From assembly GCA_002269645.1 (NCBI GenBank), contig NIVC01002774.1, positions 1 through 25,821 on the forward strand: a DNA stretch of 25,821 nucleotides, in the 5' to 3' direction. A model generated the notes under the pieces. The model did not search any database. It worked only from the letters and a program-made list of their open reading frames with translations, and was not told where the DNA came from. Each line of letters starts with the position of its first letter. Positions within the stretch are counted from its first letter, which is position 1. Below, one piece after another: positions 24,807 through 25,821 of this stretch. This DNA comes from Macrostomum lignano. Its lineage: Eukaryota. The position numbers and the translations under genes are program-made.

Positions 24807-25733
24807 GAGAGTAGCCAGAATGAGAGTAGTCAGTGTGAGAGTAGCCAGAATGAGAGTAGCCAGAATGAGAGTAGTCAGTGTGAGAGTAGTCAGTGTGAGA
24901 GTAGTCAGTGTGAGAGTAGTCAGTGTGAGAGTAGCCAGAATGAGAGTAGTCAGTGTGAGAGTATCCAGAATGAGAGTAGTCAGTGTGAGAGTAGCCAGCA
25001 TGAGAGTAGTCAGTGTGAGAGTAGCCAGCATGAGAGTAGTCAGTGTGAGAGTAGCCAGAATGAGAGTAGTCAGTGTGAGAGTAGTCAGTGTGAGAGTAGT
25101 CAGCATGAGAGTAATCAGTGTGAGAGTAGCCAGCATGAGAGTAGCCAGCATGTGAGTAGTCAGTGTGAGAGTAGCCAGCATGAGAGTAATCAGTGTGAGA
25201 GTAGCCAGCATGAGAGTAGCCAGCATGAGAGTAATCAGTGTGAGAGTAGCCAGCATGAGAGTAATCAGTGTGAGAGTAGCCAGCATGAGAGTAGCCAGCA
25301 TGTGAGTAGTCAGTGTGAGAGTAGCCAGCATGAGAGTAGCCAGCATGTGAGTAGTCAGTGTGAGAGTAGCCAGCATGAGAGTAATCAGTGTGAGAGTAGC
25401 CAGCATGAGAGTAGCCAGCATGTGAGTAGTCAGTGTGAGAGTAGCCAGCATGAGAGTAATCAGTGTGAGAGTAGCCAGCATGAGAGTAGCCAGCATGTGA
25501 GTAGTCAGTGTGAGAGTAGCCAGCATGAGAGTAATCAGTGTGAGAGTAGCCAGCATGAGAGTAGCCAGCATGATAGTAGTCAGTGTGAGAGTAGCCAGAA
25601 TGAGAGTAGTCAGTGTGAGAGTAGCCAGAATGAGAGTAGCCAGCATAAGAGTAGCCAGCATGAGAGTAACCAGCATGAGAGTAGCCAGCACGAGAGTAGC
25701 CAGCATGAGAGTAGTCAGTGTGAGAGTAGCCAG
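24807..25733. repeat. 15-bp minisatellite, 61 full units plus a partial, consensus GAGAGTAG(C/T)CAG(CAT/AAT/TGT)
   Basis: Units start every 15 bp from 24807 to 25722. The main variants are GAGAGTAGCCAGCAT, GAGAGTAGCCAGAAT, GAGAGTAGTCAGTGT, GAGAGTAATCAGTGT and GTGAGTAGTCAGTGT. A degenerate 19-nt precursor unit lies at 24788-24806. Confidence 0.98.
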
Positions 25734-25821
25734 GCTAAGTACACAGGTTAAAAAATCAAAGTTGTTTTAAATATTAAAAGTTACACGCAGGCCTGCTGCA
25801 AACAGGCGAATCTGTGAAGCC

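Noticed and set aside
24732-25706. 324-aa LATLM/LTTLT ORF as a membrane or antifreeze-like protein
   Set aside because: It is almost entirely minisatellite-derived with a 15-bp unit, so open frames are expected. There is no unique domain or gene context.

Overview
This is eukaryotic (metazoan-looking) non-coding DNA. I find no supportable intact protein-coding gene, RNA gene or CRISPR array, and most long ORFs in the supplied track are artefacts of simple repeats. About 77% of the window (3302-23085) is one head-to-tail array of a 661-664 bp unit: 29 full units plus a truncated 30th, almost perfectly identical by eye. The array appears to sit inside a DNA transposon. Imperfect 17-bp terminal inverted repeats beginning CAC lie at 2127-2143 and 23586-23602. 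Each end is flanked by CG (a candidate 2-bp target-site duplication), the insertion splits a TG-rich tract, and the left arm carries ten copies of a 9-bp motif that also occurs three times per array unit. Removing the extra units leaves a ~2.27 kb non-autonomous CACTA/EnSpm(CMC)-like element, inflated here to ~21.5 kb. The flanks hold a compound (GACA)n tract, a polypyrimidine 24-bp minisatellite, a small PBX/MEIS-like motif cluster, and a 15-bp minisatellite with 75-bp higher-order structure. All comparisons were made by eye. The host species cannot be determined from the sequence, and an assembly artefact cannot be excluded for the array copy number.
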